Positions 63,944 through 64,000 of a DNA stretch of 64,000 nt are shown piece by piece; positions within the stretch are counted from its first letter, which is position 1, and each line of letters opens with the position of its first letter. A program made the position numbers and the translations under genes. This DNA is from an uncultured Clostridia bacterium (GTDB lineage: Bacteria > Bacillota > Clostridia > Christensenellales > UBA1242). The stretch spans positions 94,732 through 158,731 of the forward strand of contig CANRIT010000001.1 of NCBI GenBank assembly GCA_947630745.1, in the 5' to 3' direction. The notes below the pieces were generated by a model, which saw nothing but the letters and a program-made list of their open reading frames with translations, was not told the origin of the DNA and searched no databases.

Positions 63944-64000
63944 AATTTTTAAAAAGGGTATTGACAACCGCAAAACTTGTGGTATAATTATATCAAATGG

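Overview
The window is a 64-kb chromosomal segment of a low-GC, Firmicute-like bacterium. CotF-like coat proteins and a CwlD-like amidase suggest a spore former; the taxon is inference only. It is replication-origin-proximal and heavily rearranged. dnaA (minus strand, cut by the window start) and dnaN (plus strand) diverge from a DnaA-box/AT-rich region. rsmG, recF, mnmG-mnmE and parA-parB lie scattered over 45 kb, and a second dense DnaA-box cluster sits at ~44.9 kb. Housekeeping and accessory genes fill the gaps: nifS-nifU, xth, two ABC systems, a CadC/P-type ATPase metal-efflux pair, Nudix, choloylglycine hydrolase, DUF1015, GNAT, galE, dapB, phosphoketolase, a DHH phosphoesterase, Fic and three tRNAs.

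The best candidate for an undescribed system is a visibly AT-richer ~10-kb island (20.7-30.9 kb). It carries one tightly coupled eight-gene minus-strand operon: a 143-aa orphan, two tandem C5-cytosine methyltransferases, a Z1-domain NTPase, a GHKL/MORC-like ATPase, two orphan proteins and a PD-(D/E)XK-motif protein. It has no integrase, Vsr or AIPR-like gene that I can recognise.

Other signals worth a second look:
- An ORF-free ~650-bp block of nested direct and inverted repeats next to tRNA-Leu.
- A recurrent promoter-to-ATG geometry implying leaderless mRNAs for about 11 genes, including dnaA, recF and mnmG.
- A 14-bp palindrome duplicated around the parA/parB junction.
- A 13.9-kb operon coupling an ABC exporter to two giant surface proteins (2065 and 1729 aa).
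- A 600-bp almost pure A/T spacer.

All calls come from reading the sequence and the ORF track. No database search was run.
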